A DNA stretch of 64,000 bases, from assembly GCA_963662465.1 (NCBI GenBank), contig OY759599.1, positions 4,512,001-4,576,000 of the forward strand. The letters run 5' to 3'. Shown in pieces: positions 1 through 10,763 of this stretch (positions within the stretch are counted from its first letter, which is position 1; each line of letters starts with the position of its first letter). The DNA is from Desulfatiglandales bacterium. GTDB taxonomy: Bacteria > Desulfobacterota > DSM-4660 > Desulfatiglandales > Desulfatiglandaceae. Position numbers and translations under genes: made by a program. The notes beneath the pieces were generated by a model. The model ran no database searches and was not told the DNA's origin. It saw only the letters and a list, made by a program, of their open reading frames with translations.

Positions 1-498
1 CCCGGGTAGCCCCGAGAGAATGCCAGCCACCCTTTGTCCAACCTCCCCCATGGCCCAGGCGGCGCTGGTTCGGGTAAGTTCGGTCCAAAGCGCCTGGGAA
101 GCGAAGTCCTTTTCAGCGACTTTCCCCACCGGACCCTCTTTGACAAGCCCGAACAGGTCCTTCAGGGGATCAACGCACCGCATTTCAATCATCTGGAACA
201 ACGCACCCCGGTAGCCGGGGGATGCCTCCGACAGGAAGGTCTGGGTGATGGGAAGGTTGCGGTACAGACCTTTTTCCTTTTCCAGCAGGTCGATGGTGAC
301 CAAAGCGTCCAGGAAGCACCGGGTATTCTCAGGATGGGCGTCCAACTCCCGAGCCACCTCTTCAGCAGAGCGAAACGTCTCAAGCCGGTTGAAGATTTTG
401 AGTTCAATCCCCGTCATCATCAGTCTTGTCTTTACGGGTCCGGTGACGATCTGATAAAGTTCTCCGTAATCCATGGTTGCTGCCGGCAACTGATTCAT
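1..498 (-). CDS. O-methyltransferase (dimerisation domain + SAM domain), runs off the window edge
   Basis: Not in the ORF track. Hand translation from ATG at 498 gives MNQLPAATMDYGELYQIVTGPVKTRLMMTGIELKIFNRLETFRSAEEVARELDAHPENTRCFLDALVTIDLLEKEKGLYRNLP..., a winged-helix dimerisation domain, open to base 1. ATGA overlap with the upstream gene. Confidence 0.8.
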   Translation of the reverse strand, partial: MNQLPAATMDYGELYQIVTGPVKTRLMMTGIELKIFNRLETFRSAEEVARELDAHPENTRCFLDALVTIDLLEKEKGLYRNLPITQTFLSEASPGYRGALFQMIEMRCVDPLKDLFGLVKEGPVGKVAEKDFASQALWTELTRTSAAWAMGEVGQRVAGILSGLPG

Positions 499-776
499 AA
501 TGGTCTCCTTCCTCTCAAACACACAACATTGGTTTCCTCTTCAACAAGCCTTGATTCCTCCACCAGAAAGCCTGCCGCATCCAGCAATCGGGCAAGGTCG
601 TCCGGACTCACGATCCGGTTTTCTTTGGGCGGTATGCCGAATTTTCCGAGATAACGAATCCCCATGGCAAGCTTTGATCGGAAACTCATGCCATAAGAGG
701 TGGAATCCGCCAGTACAATGCTTCCGCCGGGCTTGAGGACCCTGTAGCCCTCGGTCAGAACATCCATCAGACGCCT
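495..776 (-). pseudogene. 5'-truncated class I SAM methyltransferase (paralog of 13834-14481)
   Basis: MDVLTEGYRVLKPGGSIVLADSTSYGM... aligns to the C-terminal 90 aa of the 13834 protein; the SAM-binding N-half is missing. Confidence 0.8.
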
Positions 777-871
777 TGATCCGCGACAGAGGTTTCTCTC
801 CCGATCAATCTCTCCACTGTGTCACGGAGAAAAGAATGGTCGTAGTCCACCAACCCGGGTATTGTTTTCAT
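767..871 (-). pseudogene. N-terminal remnant of a transglutaminase-like gene (paralog of 17058-17786)
   Basis: MKTIPGLVDYDHSFLRDTVERLIGRETS vs MKAKSGLVDYDHSLVRDTAERLVGGEAS; the DNA just upstream of the start is also similar. Confidence 0.75.
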
Positions 872-927
872 GTGTTGTCCTCATATCGTGTTTCATCCCG
901 TTCATACCTCAATCCTCCGAATGTTCC

Positions 928-2019
928 TTAGAGGTGGTAAACGCACACGCGATTGCGTCCCCCATGCTTCGCCCGATACAACGCCATGTCCGCCGCTCTT
1001 AACAGTCCCTCACCATCGGCAATATTTCCGTTGAGCGTACATAAGCCGACGCTTATCGTTGTCCTGACCACATCATCGGCAATGCAGATGTCGTCTTTTT
1101 CAACACCTTCCCGCAAACGTTCAGCAATTTGCCCGGATCTGGGCAGATCCACGTCCGGTAGAATCACCGCGAATTCCTCTCCTCCCAACCGCCCGAAGAT
1201 GTCATTTTCCCTGAGTACTTTTTGGCAGGCGACCGTGATCCTTTTGAGTACCTGATCACCCACGCCGTGACCGAATCGGTCATTGACGGATTTAAAATAA
1301 TCCACGTCGATCATGATCAACGACAAGGGGAATTGTAAATCGCGAGCGCGACGAACTTCCTGTTGCAGCTTTTCCGTAAAACAACGGCGATTGTATATTC
1401 CGGTGAGCGCATCCGTATGGGCCAGAAGGGTGAGTCTCTCGTGCAGCTTCTTCCTTTCGGTAATATCCAAAAGCAAACCATCGATATGGGCAACGCTGCC
1501 GGTTTCGTCTATAATGGCTTGAGCGCTGAATTCCACCCATATGCAATCGCCCTCTTTCCGAATCAATTCCGTCTGGTATTGCTTACACCCGCCATTCTTG
1601 ACGACAACGGAAAAAAGCTGCCGGTACCCTTCCTGAGCCTCCAAAGCCGACTTTACGGATTGCTTTTTCAATATATGCGTGGGAGATGAATATCCCAAGA
1701 TATGCGCCATTGCCGGATTGACATCAATAAGGCCGCCATGAGGGTCGCTGCGAAAAATCCCTTCGACCGCATTTTCAAACAGGTTTCGATACTTGCTTTC
1801 GCTTCGAAAAAGCTGTTTGTTGAGCCGATTCAATTCGTTTTGCATACGGTCGCTGAACTGAACGATCCTTCGGGTTTGTTTGAAGAGTTTTCGGTATTTC
1901 CCGAGGAGCCATTGGAAATGCCCGAGGGCCTGGTTCTCATCCCGAAAACCGGTCGCAAGTATTTCCTGGGCCTCATGAACAACACCCTGCTCCGTTTGAA
2001 ACAAATTGCCGTAACCCAT
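928..2019 (-). CDS. PAS-GGDEF diguanylate cyclase, SiaD-like
   Basis: N-terminal coiled coil, PAS, DALTG...NRR and GRLGGEEF; last gene of a siaABC-like operon. Confidence 0.9.
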   Translation of the reverse strand: MGYGNLFQTEQGVVHEAQEILATGFRDENQALGHFQWLLGKYRKLFKQTRRIVQFSDRMQNELNRLNKQLFRSESKYRNLFENAVEGIFRSDPHGGLIDVNPAMAHILGYSSPTHILKKQSVKSALEAQEGYRQLFSVVVKNGGCKQYQTELIRKEGDCIWVEFSAQAIIDETGSVAHIDGLLLDITERKKLHERLTLLAHTDALTGIYNRRCFTEKLQQEVRRARDLQFPLSLIMIDVDYFKSVNDRFGHGVGDQVLKRITVACQKVLRENDIFGRLGGEEFAVILPDVDLPRSGQIAERLREGVEKDDICIADDVVRTTISVGLCTLNGNIADGEGLLRAADMALYRAKHGGRNRVCVYHL

Positions 2020-2031
2020 TATTTTTGCATC

Positions 2032-2418
2032 CTACTCGGAGATGGCGACCAGTCTGATGTCAAGACCATCATAGTCCATCTGAAAATCTTCGCCGCTTTC
2101 CCGGATAATTTCGTTTTCCTTATCAAAACGCCACATAACGGTTATAGGCCAGCCTGTTTGGACGGCATCCTCCAGAAGGTCAAAAAGGTTCATGATCGCC
2201 TTTGAACTGCTGCTGTTGTAGTAAACCAGCTCAAAATTCAGCTGCATATGATGTTGATCGGAGATTTTAAACCATCGACTGAGCCAATGCAAAACCGGTT
2301 CATAAAAACCGGCAGCATTTTCCGGATAGGACTCCCCCTTGATCTCAAAAACGTTCGAATCCGGATAAAAACGAACCGATGGCGTGGATTTGGATGATTC
2401 GATTCTTAAAGATTTCAT
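2032..2418 (-). CDS. siaC: SiaC family (DUF1987) phosphoprotein
   Basis: STPSVRF...GESYPENA..FYEPV...YYNSSSSK motifs; start re-called at ATG 2418 after a GAGGAG RBS. Confidence 0.85.
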   Translation of the reverse strand: MKSLRIESSKSTPSVRFYPDSNVFEIKGESYPENAAGFYEPVLHWLSRWFKISDQHHMQLNFELVYYNSSSSKAIMNLFDLLEDAVQTGWPITVMWRFDKENEIIRESGEDFQMDYDGLDIRLVAISE

Positions 2419-2428
2419 GCCAAACTCC

Positions 2429-2980
2429 TCATATGACCGCTTTGACGGCAAAGAAAGCAAGCTTTTCATCCAGGGGCTGAACATCAAATACAATGGGATC
2501 CGTGGAACGACGCGCGATTTCCAACAACCCCAAGCCCGCACCCAGGCTATCGGCCGGAGGATCAGACCTTCGCCTTTCCCGATACATGTTTCGAAGCCCT
2601 TCCGGTTTGAGTTCCCGAATCATAGTCAGATCCCGGGCAAGCGGTTCGGCTCTCTCCAGAGCGATATAATTCCCACAACATACATAATACTGTTTGTCCT
2701 GAAATCCGAGCGCTAAAACGCCGGCCCTGATCTCCCCTTTCCCTTCTCCTTCCGATGCGACAATTTCAGCGGAGTAGTTCATAATATTCTGGCTCTGCTC
2801 GATGAATACGGAAAAGACACGCTGTATGGTGTTCAGTGCGGTTGAATCCATTTTCATCTTTTTGCGCATCGTCTCCCCGATGCCTTCCAAAATCATCTGA
2901 GACAACGGGCCGCTGAAACTGAAAATAATGCCATCGCTTTTCAGCTCTTCGTAAAGGAACTTTAAATGTTCGATCCGCAT
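2429..2980 (-). CDS. siaB: SiaB family protein kinase (DUF6272)
   Basis: FSFSGPLSQ, VFIEQSQNIMNYS, GAGLGLLEIARRS. Confidence 0.85.
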   Translation of the reverse strand: MRIEHLKFLYEELKSDGIIFSFSGPLSQMILEGIGETMRKKMKMDSTALNTIQRVFSVFIEQSQNIMNYSAEIVASEGEGKGEIRAGVLALGFQDKQYYVCCGNYIALERAEPLARDLTMIRELKPEGLRNMYRERRRSDPPADSLGAGLGLLEIARRSTDPIVFDVQPLDEKLAFFAVKAVI

Positions 2981-2989
2981 ATCCTCTCC

Positions 2990-4177
2990 TCAACCCTTAA
3001 CGGCTGAAAAACCCAACAATGTAAGGTCATCCCTTTTTTCTTCTTGACCCGCGTATGTTCTCCAAGATTCCGTTAAATGCTTTTGACGCTCCTGAAACGG
3101 CATTCCGGAAACCCTTGCCAACAACTGTTTGAGCCCGTTCTTTCCCAAAGGCAATCCCTTCCGACCGCCCACCTGATCCGTTACGCCGTCGGTCAATAAA
3201 TAGAACGTCTCAAAACCCGTCAATTGAAGGGTATGGTTTTTATAATGATAATCCACCGGAACCCGATGATCCCCGACGCCCATTCGGTCCCCTTTGATTT
3301 CCAATATCTTTCCCTGGATCTCGTAGAAAAGGGGCAATCCGGCGCCGGCGAAGGTCAGTTCTCCACATTCGGCATTTATATGACAAACGGCGGCATCAAA
3401 ACCATCATCAATTCGCGATGCCGTTCCGTTACAACCCAAGACCTGTTTCAATTGAATGTTCAGAATCTCCAGCACCCGCCCGGGGTTGTTGCAGAATTCG
3501 GAAGCCCCTGTTTTCTCAAGCAGGATATGGACGATGAGGGTCATAAATGCACCCGGAACACCATGCCCCGTGCAATCGATGGCCGCGACAAAACAACCGC
3601 TTTCCGTCTTTGTGACCCAGTAGGTATCGCCCCCCACCACATCGCGCGGTTCCCACCACACGAAATAGTCTTTAAAAACCGCATTGAACACGGCGGAAGA
3701 GGGCAGCAATGCATGCTGTATCCGGCTGGCGTATTCGATGCTTTCCATGACCTTGGTTTGGGAAAATCTTAGCAGTCCAAGGATATTGACCAGTTTTTCC
3801 TCCCTCGCCGCAATAATCCGCCCCATCCAATAGAGATTTCTCTTGGTTTTCAAAAAATCGTTTTCCTCTCCTTTTTCAGGCGGCAAGGGGAAGGACGCAT
3901 GATAGGCCCCCTGTTTCACCGACTGACAATAATCATTGATTTTCTTTATATTTCTGAAAACCATTGCGTTGCTGAACCAGCCGCACACGGGGAACTGGAT
4001 CACAATCATGAATGCCAGGAAAAGGGCGGCAAAGGGGATGATTTGTTTAGAAGAATAATGGTGCAAGAGTACCAGATTCACCCCGGCGGGCACTATCGAT
4101 AAAATAAAGAAAAACACCAGGGTTTTGATTTTGGTATCCATATCGGCAATGATGTCCATCAATCGGCTCATCCTCAT
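2990..4177 (-). CDS. SiaA-like membrane PP2C/SpoIIE phosphatase
   Basis: Two N-terminal TM helices; SIEYASRIQ, PRDVVGGD, DCTGHGVPGAFM, TDG..DQ.GG, RDDLT. Start uncertain (4171/4177). Confidence 0.85.
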   Translation of the reverse strand: MRMSRLMDIIADMDTKIKTLVFFFILSIVPAGVNLVLLHHYSSKQIIPFAALFLAFMIVIQFPVCGWFSNAMVFRNIKKINDYCQSVKQGAYHASFPLPPEKGEENDFLKTKRNLYWMGRIIAAREEKLVNILGLLRFSQTKVMESIEYASRIQHALLPSSAVFNAVFKDYFVWWEPRDVVGGDTYWVTKTESGCFVAAIDCTGHGVPGAFMTLIVHILLEKTGASEFCNNPGRVLEILNIQLKQVLGCNGTASRIDDGFDAAVCHINAECGELTFAGAGLPLFYEIQGKILEIKGDRMGVGDHRVPVDYHYKNHTLQLTGFETFYLLTDGVTDQVGGRKGLPLGKNGLKQLLARVSGMPFQERQKHLTESWRTYAGQEEKRDDLTLLGFSAVKG

Positions 4178-4181
4178 GATC

Positions 4182-5978
4182 TCATCCCTTGGACCCAACA
4201 TTTGTTTCTTTTGGAATGGGCACATCCAGCATGTTGCGCACACTTTCCGAAAGTTCCGCGATGGTAAAAGGTTTCTGAATAAACCCGCCGTATCCCTTGC
4301 CCATGACTTTGTTCACCTGGTTGCCGGCGGCATGACCACTGGAAAACATCACCCGCATCGCGGGCATGATCTCACGGATGGAATCGAACGTCTTGCCGCC
4401 ATCCATACCCGGCATGATCATGTCCAGAATCACCAGATCGATTTCGTTTTTCAATTTTTTGACGACTTTAACCGCTTCTCCGCCACCTTTTGCAGCAATG
4501 ACGCGATAACCCAATTTTTCCAGCATGGCATGGCCCACATCGAGGATCATTTCCTCGTCGTCAACCAGCAAAATTCTCTCCGAACCTTGATTCAGCTTTG
4601 CTTTTCCTGAAACAACCCGAACCGCTTCGTTTTCGCATAGCGGCAGATAAATATTGAAGGCACTCCCGTGACCGGGGTCGCTTTTCACCGTAATCACGCC
4701 GCCATGATTCTGGATGATCCCGTAAGCTGAAGCCAGCCCCAAACCCGTCCCCCGACCCCTTTCCTTGGTGGTGAAAAATGGATCGAAGATCCGTTTTCGA
4801 GTGGCGCGGTCCATGCCGACCCCCGTATCCGAGATCCTGATCCTCACGTAGGGTCCCGGTTCGGCCCCATGACGATCCAGAAATTGCTTATCGGGGATGA
4901 GGATTCCGGTTTCCAGAAAAATATCCCCGCCATCGGGCATGGCCTGCCAAGCGTTGATCAGCATGTTCAGCAATACCTGTTCAATTTGATTGGGATCGGC
5001 ATTGACCACCACGGCCCCTTTTTCGCATTTCATGTGAATCCGAAGCCCTTTTTTGGTTCTTCCGAACAGGCTCGCGCTTTCTCGCACCAATTCATTGACG
5101 TCCATGGGCCGAGCCCTGTATTTGCCGCCCCTGGCAAAGCCCAACAACTGATCCGTGAGTATCTTGGCGCTTTGAACGTGCGTCTCGATGGCATCGGTGT
5201 GTTCCAAATGGGGATGAGAAGGAAATAAATCCATGGCGATCAGTGAGGCGCGGCCCTGAATGCCCATGAGCAGATTATTGAAATCATGGGCAACCCCGCC
5301 GGCCAGCGTGCCGATGGCTTCAAATTTCTGAACCTGAAGAAGGTGTGCTTCCAATTCTTTGCGCTTTGAAATATCCGTGAAAACGAACTCGAAGTGCTTG
5401 GGGCTGCCATTGCCGTTGAAATGAACGAAACCGCTCCCCATAACCACGGTCCGTTGTTCACCCAGGTCTTTGCGGCACAGCACTGCCTCAAAATCCCCAA
5501 TACTACCCATAAACAGCAGTTCCTTGAGGAAATCGTCCAGGATTGCCGGTTCCGCGAAGAGATTGTCCAAACAAAGATCCCGCATATCCGTCATGCAAGA
5601 ATACCCGAACAAACGAACCGAGGCCGGGTTGGCTTTAAGCAACCGCATTTCATGGTCAAAAACCACAATGGCTTCCCGGGTGCTTTGGAAAAAATTATGA
5701 TGTTCCCGTTCACTTTCAAGCACGGCGGTATATTCCCGAACAAGCGCCTCATTTTGCTTCTCCAGCGCCGCCATTCGTTGCGCCATCCGGCAGAAATCCA
5801 TTCCAACCCCCATGGAACGGCAATCTTCATTGAAAGCTTTTCCTTCGAATTCCATTCGGGCTCGATCCGAGAGCCCGATTTCGCCATTTTCTGATATCGA
5901 ATTATTCCCGCGACCGCGGCAATCCTGCTCCATTACACGAACCTCACCCACAAGATTAGATTTTCTTTTTGCCTCCAT
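4182..5978 (-). CDS. PAS hybrid sensor histidine kinase/response regulator
   Basis: AGGVAHDFNN H-box, DTGVGM, PFFTTK, GTGLGL; C-terminal REC domain (LLVDDE, ILDMIMP). Confidence 0.9.
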   Translation of the reverse strand: MEAKRKSNLVGEVRVMEQDCRGRGNNSISENGEIGLSDRARMEFEGKAFNEDCRSMGVGMDFCRMAQRMAALEKQNEALVREYTAVLESEREHHNFFQSTREAIVVFDHEMRLLKANPASVRLFGYSCMTDMRDLCLDNLFAEPAILDDFLKELLFMGSIGDFEAVLCRKDLGEQRTVVMGSGFVHFNGNGSPKHFEFVFTDISKRKELEAHLLQVQKFEAIGTLAGGVAHDFNNLLMGIQGRASLIAMDLFPSHPHLEHTDAIETHVQSAKILTDQLLGFARGGKYRARPMDVNELVRESASLFGRTKKGLRIHMKCEKGAVVVNADPNQIEQVLLNMLINAWQAMPDGGDIFLETGILIPDKQFLDRHGAEPGPYVRIRISDTGVGMDRATRKRIFDPFFTTKERGRGTGLGLASAYGIIQNHGGVITVKSDPGHGSAFNIYLPLCENEAVRVVSGKAKLNQGSERILLVDDEEMILDVGHAMLEKLGYRVIAAKGGGEAVKVVKKLKNEIDLVILDMIMPGMDGGKTFDSIREIMPAMRVMFSSGHAAGNQVNKVMGKGYGGFIQKPFTIAELSESVRNMLDVPIPKETNVGSKG

Positions 5979-6028
5979 GGCCTATTCCCTCCCCGGCGGA
6001 TCCATTATATTTGACCTGATGTCAATGC

Positions 6029-8023
6029 TCAACAGCTTGAAGGAATTACACCGGAACCCATCACTCCGGACGGACCCGTCTCAAGGAGAGGGCGTCTCCG
6101 CCATTTTCCGCTCCCCACCATATGCCGATCCCGTCCGCCGCCGGCGGAATTTCCAGCCACCAATGCCAGCAGACCTTTGACAGTCTGCCGCATCCGTTCC
6201 GCCTGCCCGGCCATTTCTTCAGCCACGCTTGCCGATTCCTCGGCGCCCGCCGCATTGTGCTGAACCACCTTTTCCGTGTCTTCAAATGCCATGTTGAGCT
6301 GTTTGATAGCCGCTGACTGTTCATTGGAAGCGGAAGCGATCCGACTCACCAGTCCGCCGACTTTTTCAGTGCTTCGGGCAACCCGAATGGACTCTTCCCG
6401 GGTTGTGGAAGCCAGTTTGGCGCCTTTTTTCACGCTTTCCAGGGTCCCTGCGATCAGCGCTTCCGTTGTTTTGGCCGCATCCGCTGCCCGAAGGGCCAGT
6501 TTCCGAACTTCATCGGCGACAACCGCAAATCCCGCCCCGGCTTCACCGGCCCTGGCCGCTTCAATCGCGGCATTCAAAGCCAGCAGATTGGTCTGAAAAG
6601 CGATATCATCGATGGTCTTGATAATCTGGGATGTCTCCTGACCGGCTTTTAAAATCTCCTCCATAAAATCGATCAAATGCGCCATGGCGATATTGGCACC
6701 GGCCACGATCCTGCCGGTCTCACCCATCAAGCCATTGGCATCATCGGCGTCATCGGCGTTGTGTCGGGTGGTTGACGCCATCTCGGCCAGGGATGAGGAA
6801 ATTTGTTCGATGGCCGCCGCCTGCTCGGCGGCCCCCTCGGCAAGCGCCTGACTGGTAGCGGAGAGCTGATCGGATGCCGAGGCAACCTGTTCCGCCCCCT
6901 TATCCAGAACGTCCGTGCTGTCGCCAATGGGTTTTGTAATGCTTCGGGCCAAAAGAAAGGCGGCGCCACCTCCCAAGATCAACAGCAACAGGGCGCAAAG
7001 CGATACCACAACCATCAGGGATCGAAAGCCGTTTTGCACGGACAGCGCGGTCGCCGCGATCTCATCCTCGTAGGCGCCGGCACAGATCACCCAATCCCAG
7101 GGGGCGTAATAGGTACACTGAACCACCTTCATGCGAGCCTCGCTTTCATGGCCGTTTTTCCATGGATACCGCACTGTAATCGTGTTGCCCGGTTTTGCGG
7201 AAACGGCCCTTTGGATGATGTCGTAAACAAACGGCTTCCCTTCGGCATCCCTCACCTCCAGGATATCTTCACCATCCCGCTTGCCCTCATGGGATATGAT
7301 ATAATGCCCTTTGTCCTCCCCCTTACCTCCCAGAACACTGACATAGCCGCTTTCGCCAATCCGTTTGGACAGGATCATCCGGCGTATTGCGTCTCCGATC
7401 CGCGCTTTCACCATCTGGTCGAACTCGGTTTTGTACGCCGATGCCGCAATGATCCATCCCCAAGGCGCAAAAATTTTCTGGGCCAGACATTTGGCCCGTG
7501 CATTGGCTTCCCCGGGATTTTTCCACTCGTACTCAAGGTATCCCCCATCACCCATTGTGAGCTGTTTTTGAACAAAATTGTGTTTACGCAAATTTCTTCC
7601 GATCATGGCCCCGTTGGGATGAGCCACCATTATTCCCTCAGAAGACAGCACGCAAACATACCCCGTTTCCCCGATTTTCCGGCTCAACAAATATGACGCA
7701 GCTCTTTCCTTGGCCTCAGCCTCGGTCATGCGACCCGATTGATATTGATCGTAAAAATACCGAACCATCCGTTCGCCGTTCTCTGCAATACTCATACACG
7801 TGGAAACAATGGCGGCACTGGACGCCTGGGCGATGTTTTCGCCGATGGTCTTGGCCATGTCGTCCAACTGCGCCAGCGTCGCTTCCTCCATTTTGACATT
7901 CACCAATTGACTCAAGGCGTTGCTTTTCAAGTACGTCACGATTAAAATAACGAGCGTCGGCAAAATGACACACATCAGGGCAAGGGCGACAATTTTCGTT
8001 CGCAAATTTAATGCATTCATCAT
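6029..8023 (-). CDS. Methyl-accepting chemotaxis protein with Cache domains
   Basis: [37 protein letters not shown] signalling domain; two Cache repeats; AGGAGG RBS. Confidence 0.92.
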   Translation of the reverse strand: MMNALNLRTKIVALALMCVILPTLVILIVTYLKSNALSQLVNVKMEEATLAQLDDMAKTIGENIAQASSAAIVSTCMSIAENGERMVRYFYDQYQSGRMTEAEAKERAASYLLSRKIGETGYVCVLSSEGIMVAHPNGAMIGRNLRKHNFVQKQLTMGDGGYLEYEWKNPGEANARAKCLAQKIFAPWGWIIAASAYKTEFDQMVKARIGDAIRRMILSKRIGESGYVSVLGGKGEDKGHYIISHEGKRDGEDILEVRDAEGKPFVYDIIQRAVSAKPGNTITVRYPWKNGHESEARMKVVQCTYYAPWDWVICAGAYEDEIAATALSVQNGFRSLMVVVSLCALLLLILGGGAAFLLARSITKPIGDSTDVLDKGAEQVASASDQLSATSQALAEGAAEQAAAIEQISSSLAEMASTTRHNADDADDANGLMGETGRIVAGANIAMAHLIDFMEEILKAGQETSQIIKTIDDIAFQTNLLALNAAIEAARAGEAGAGFAVVADEVRKLALRAADAAKTTEALIAGTLESVKKGAKLASTTREESIRVARSTEKVGGLVSRIASASNEQSAAIKQLNMAFEDTEKVVQHNAAGAEESASVAEEMAGQAERMRQTVKGLLALVAGNSAGGGRDRHMVGSGKWRRRPLLETGPSGVMGSGVIPSSC

Positions 8024-8192
8024 GTTCAATCCTCCTTATTGAGAAAAAGGCATATGGGTCTGTTTCGCAAACACACATGAGCGGCATTCACACTGCATCA
8101 GCTTCCAGTCGGCTGATAAATACCACCGGAATCCCTGACAACTTAAATGGGAAAATCCGCACAAACGGATGGAAACCGCTACGGCGGCAATA

Positions 8193-8230
8193 TGTTTTGC
8201 AGGTCTAACTCTTTCGAAAAGTTCTGTCAA
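8193..8230 (-). promoter_or_regulatory. Sigma70-like promoter overlapped by a putative DtxR-type operator
   Basis: Minus strand TTGACA-N17-TAGACC; operator-like TGTTTT-GCAGGT-CTAACT at 8193-8210. Same layout as the feoA promoter at 24870-24907. Confidence 0.55.
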
Positions 8231-8458
8231 TCTTTTTTTATTAGGAAATTCAAACATATTTCGTTTCATTGATCAGGAAGGCACAATTCACTCAGAATAG
8301 ACGTCATGAATCAGGCGGGCATTCACCCCCAAACATGGAAATGACATCTACCGCTTTCAAGCTAACGGCTTTATTTTCATGATAAATCAAGGAAACAGAA
8401 ATTAATGCGGCCGAGCGGCCGAAGGGGATAAGGAACTTTATTAAAGGAAAAAAAGCCG

Positions 8459-9358
8459 CTAAACAAACGTCGATATCAGGAAAAGGACTCCCAATGTCGC
8501 AACGGCAAGGCCCGATACGATGCCCATGCACTGTTCTACTTTGACGGCCCGTCTTTCCGAAATAAATTTCAGGGAAAAATCCTTTCCCAAAACAACCGCG
8601 ACAATAACGAAACCGATGGTTGCGGCCATTCCCAATGAAATGACAATTCCCAGCAGCAATCCCAGCATGAACGCGTCCATGGACAGACAGAAGAGCAGAA
8701 CCATGACCACGCCGGGACACGGCACCAAACCCACTGCCAGTGCCCAGGGGAGGAATCTTTTTTGACCTGCCATCGAGGGGCTGCCCGCCACGGAATGGGG
8801 CGTTTCGTTTCCGGAAAAAAAACAATAGCCGTTTTTAATAACGATTGCCAGTCCCAGAAGGGAAATCAGGCTGAAGCTGACCAGTTGCGTGATGTAGGAA
8901 ACCGATCCCAACCCCCCAAAAACGCCCTGCTGAAGGATATGGTGCAGAACTAAAACACAAAGGATTCCTGATAAACCGTGGAAAAGGGCAATGAGTGCGC
9001 CGAACAACAACCCGCCGCCAAGGGTCACATTTCCGGAGAGCATAAACGACATGGCCACGGCTTTGCCGTGTCCGGGCCCGGCCGCATGAAGCGCACCGTA
9101 ACCGAATGCCATCAAGATTACAACCATCAGGGGCATGATGCTTTTTTCGGTTTTCGCCTGTCGGATCAAAGCAGCCATTTTCCCCTTGAGCTGTTGTTGC
9201 CAAAGGGTTATTTTCAATAAAAATGAATGTTGCGGCGCCGGGATCTCGGAAACACGTTCAGGGCTCTTTTCGGCCATAAAGGGATTCCGGGAATGTGCCG
9301 TCGTCCCGGTCCAGATAAAGGCGGAAAACAAAAGGAAAAACAGGAGTATTCTAGCCAT
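8459..9358 (-). CDS. Nickel/cobalt transporter (NicO/RcnA family)
   Basis: YGALHAAGPGHGKAV and GLVPCPG motifs, several TM helices. Confidence 0.88.
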   Translation of the reverse strand: MARILLFFLLFSAFIWTGTTAHSRNPFMAEKSPERVSEIPAPQHSFLLKITLWQQQLKGKMAALIRQAKTEKSIMPLMVVILMAFGYGALHAAGPGHGKAVAMSFMLSGNVTLGGGLLFGALIALFHGLSGILCVLVLHHILQQGVFGGLGSVSYITQLVSFSLISLLGLAIVIKNGYCFFSGNETPHSVAGSPSMAGQKRFLPWALAVGLVPCPGVVMVLLFCLSMDAFMLGLLLGIVISLGMAATIGFVIVAVVLGKDFSLKFISERRAVKVEQCMGIVSGLAVATLGVLFLISTFV

Positions 9359-9971
9359 TTTTGAGCCTGAACCTCACGGTGGCTTCATCGGGATAAATCT
9401 GATCGAAGAAATAGGCCTCGGCCTTATTTTTTTCGATCCGGCGGCGTACCTCAAAAGACCGGTGGTTTTTAAAAACGATCGGCTCTTTTGCCATAAATAT
9501 GCTGGTGTAGTATTCCCTGTCATAAACGGATATTGTAACTTCTTTCCATTTACGCGTGGCGCTCACATGGCAGGGGACAAAAAACCGGTAAATCAAAATA
9601 TTATTTTCAATTTCCGCTGAAAAATTTCTAACGTATTTTACCTGAAACGGTTTTTTGTCTATTTTGATATGGGTAAAATAATCAAACTCCCGCAGATTGG
9701 AAAAGGCGCCCGTTTCCAGTCCCGCAATCTCGGACGGCTCAAATCGTCCATTCCGGTTCTTGTCAAAATCCAGAATAATCATACTGCTGAACATCTCGTC
9801 AAAATCCCATCTGATTTCAAACCCCGAAAGGCCTTTTTGATCAAAGACCACCGTGACCCCATTGAACATAAAAACGTGGGGATGCGCTCGGGACAGAGGG
9901 ACCGAGAGTAGCGGAAAAAGCATTAAACCCGCAAGAATCAAAAATATTCGACGCATCATCATTTCGGTCAT
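9351..9971 (-). CDS. DUF1007 family periplasmic protein
   Basis: Signal peptide followed by AHPHVF, W.FDEMFS, YD.EYY; usual partner of NicO-family genes. Confidence 0.85.
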   Translation of the reverse strand: MTEMMMRRIFLILAGLMLFPLLSVPLSRAHPHVFMFNGVTVVFDQKGLSGFEIRWDFDEMFSSMIILDFDKNRNGRFEPSEIAGLETGAFSNLREFDYFTHIKIDKKPFQVKYVRNFSAEIENNILIYRFFVPCHVSATRKWKEVTISVYDREYYTSIFMAKEPIVFKNHRSFEVRRRIEKNKAEAYFFDQIYPDEATVRFRLKNG

Positions 9972-10092
9972 CCGGATATCGCTTCCTTCGGCAGTTCACA
10001 GCAAAAGAAAACATCACTAAAGATGGCACGAAATGTATTTTAAATGGGATGGGTTGTCAAGACGGCGCATCGCTTCGAGTAAAGCCTGTCAT

Positions 10093-10110
10093 AATTAGAA
10101 ACATCTAAAA
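10093..10110. promoter_or_regulatory. Putative DtxR-type operator upstream of DUF1007-nicO
   Basis: AATTAG-AAACAT-CTAAAA, about 33 bp upstream of a minus-strand TTGACA-N17-TACATT. Confidence 0.45.
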
Positions 10111-10117
10111 AATTTAT

Positions 10118-10427
10118 TCACATGGTGGGATGTTGGTTTACGATATAGAACGCGAAAATACCATGGCCGCTCCCCAAATCCAGCATTTTCTCAAATCCCG
10201 AAAAACCGGGCAGTTCCTCAAGGATTTCCGCCACCTTCGGTCCAACCGTACCCATGGGCCAGGCAGCGCTGGTCCGAGTGAGTTCGGCCCAGAGTTCCTG
10301 GGAAACAAAATCCTTTTCGGCGCTTTCCCCAATCGGCCCCAATATTCGTATTCTTTCCTGTTTTTCATTATCTTGACTCCCAAACGCTGAAATATAAAAT
10401 CGGGGGGTGGAAAAAAACGCGCATCAG
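10118..10427 (-). pseudogene. Fused remnant: 5' end of class I methyltransferase joined to an internal O-methyltransferase piece
   Basis: 10338-10427 matches 14452-14541 (MKNRKEYEYW vs MKNEKEYKYW plus upstream DNA). 10118-10340 encodes PIGESAEKDFVSQELWAELTRTSAAW...MLDLGSGHG, matching the O-methyltransferase copies. Confidence 0.8.
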
Positions 10428-10763
10428 TTTCAATAAATCGCTCACTTTTCTTAGAAGGCTTATTTTCATGACAAAAATTACCGTTTAAGCCCAAGAATAG
10501 GGCTATTTCGGCATAATTAATTAGGCATTTCAACCAGTTGGCTTGGCCCGACCCGGCCAACACGGCCAAGTGGCCAAGTTCCACGTTGTTCAAACGGAAC
10601 GGCGAGGAATTTTTTCCGGAAACCTCACCATTTCCGAATCGATCTCGTAAATTCATAGGAAGTTCCAGTTTGACATAATGGATCGCCCATTGAATACTGC
10701 GCCGCATTATTAAATAGGGCGGTGCATTTTTTTCTCGACCTTCCCTTAACCGGAGAACATCCT

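Noticed and set aside
8040..8190. c-di-GMP or other riboswitch in the MCP leader
   Set aside because: Small hairpins are present, but I could not match a known riboswitch consensus.
10138..10707. 189-aa minus-strand ORF
   Set aside because: It runs across promoter DNA and an out-of-frame pseudogene fusion, with no coherent protein signal.
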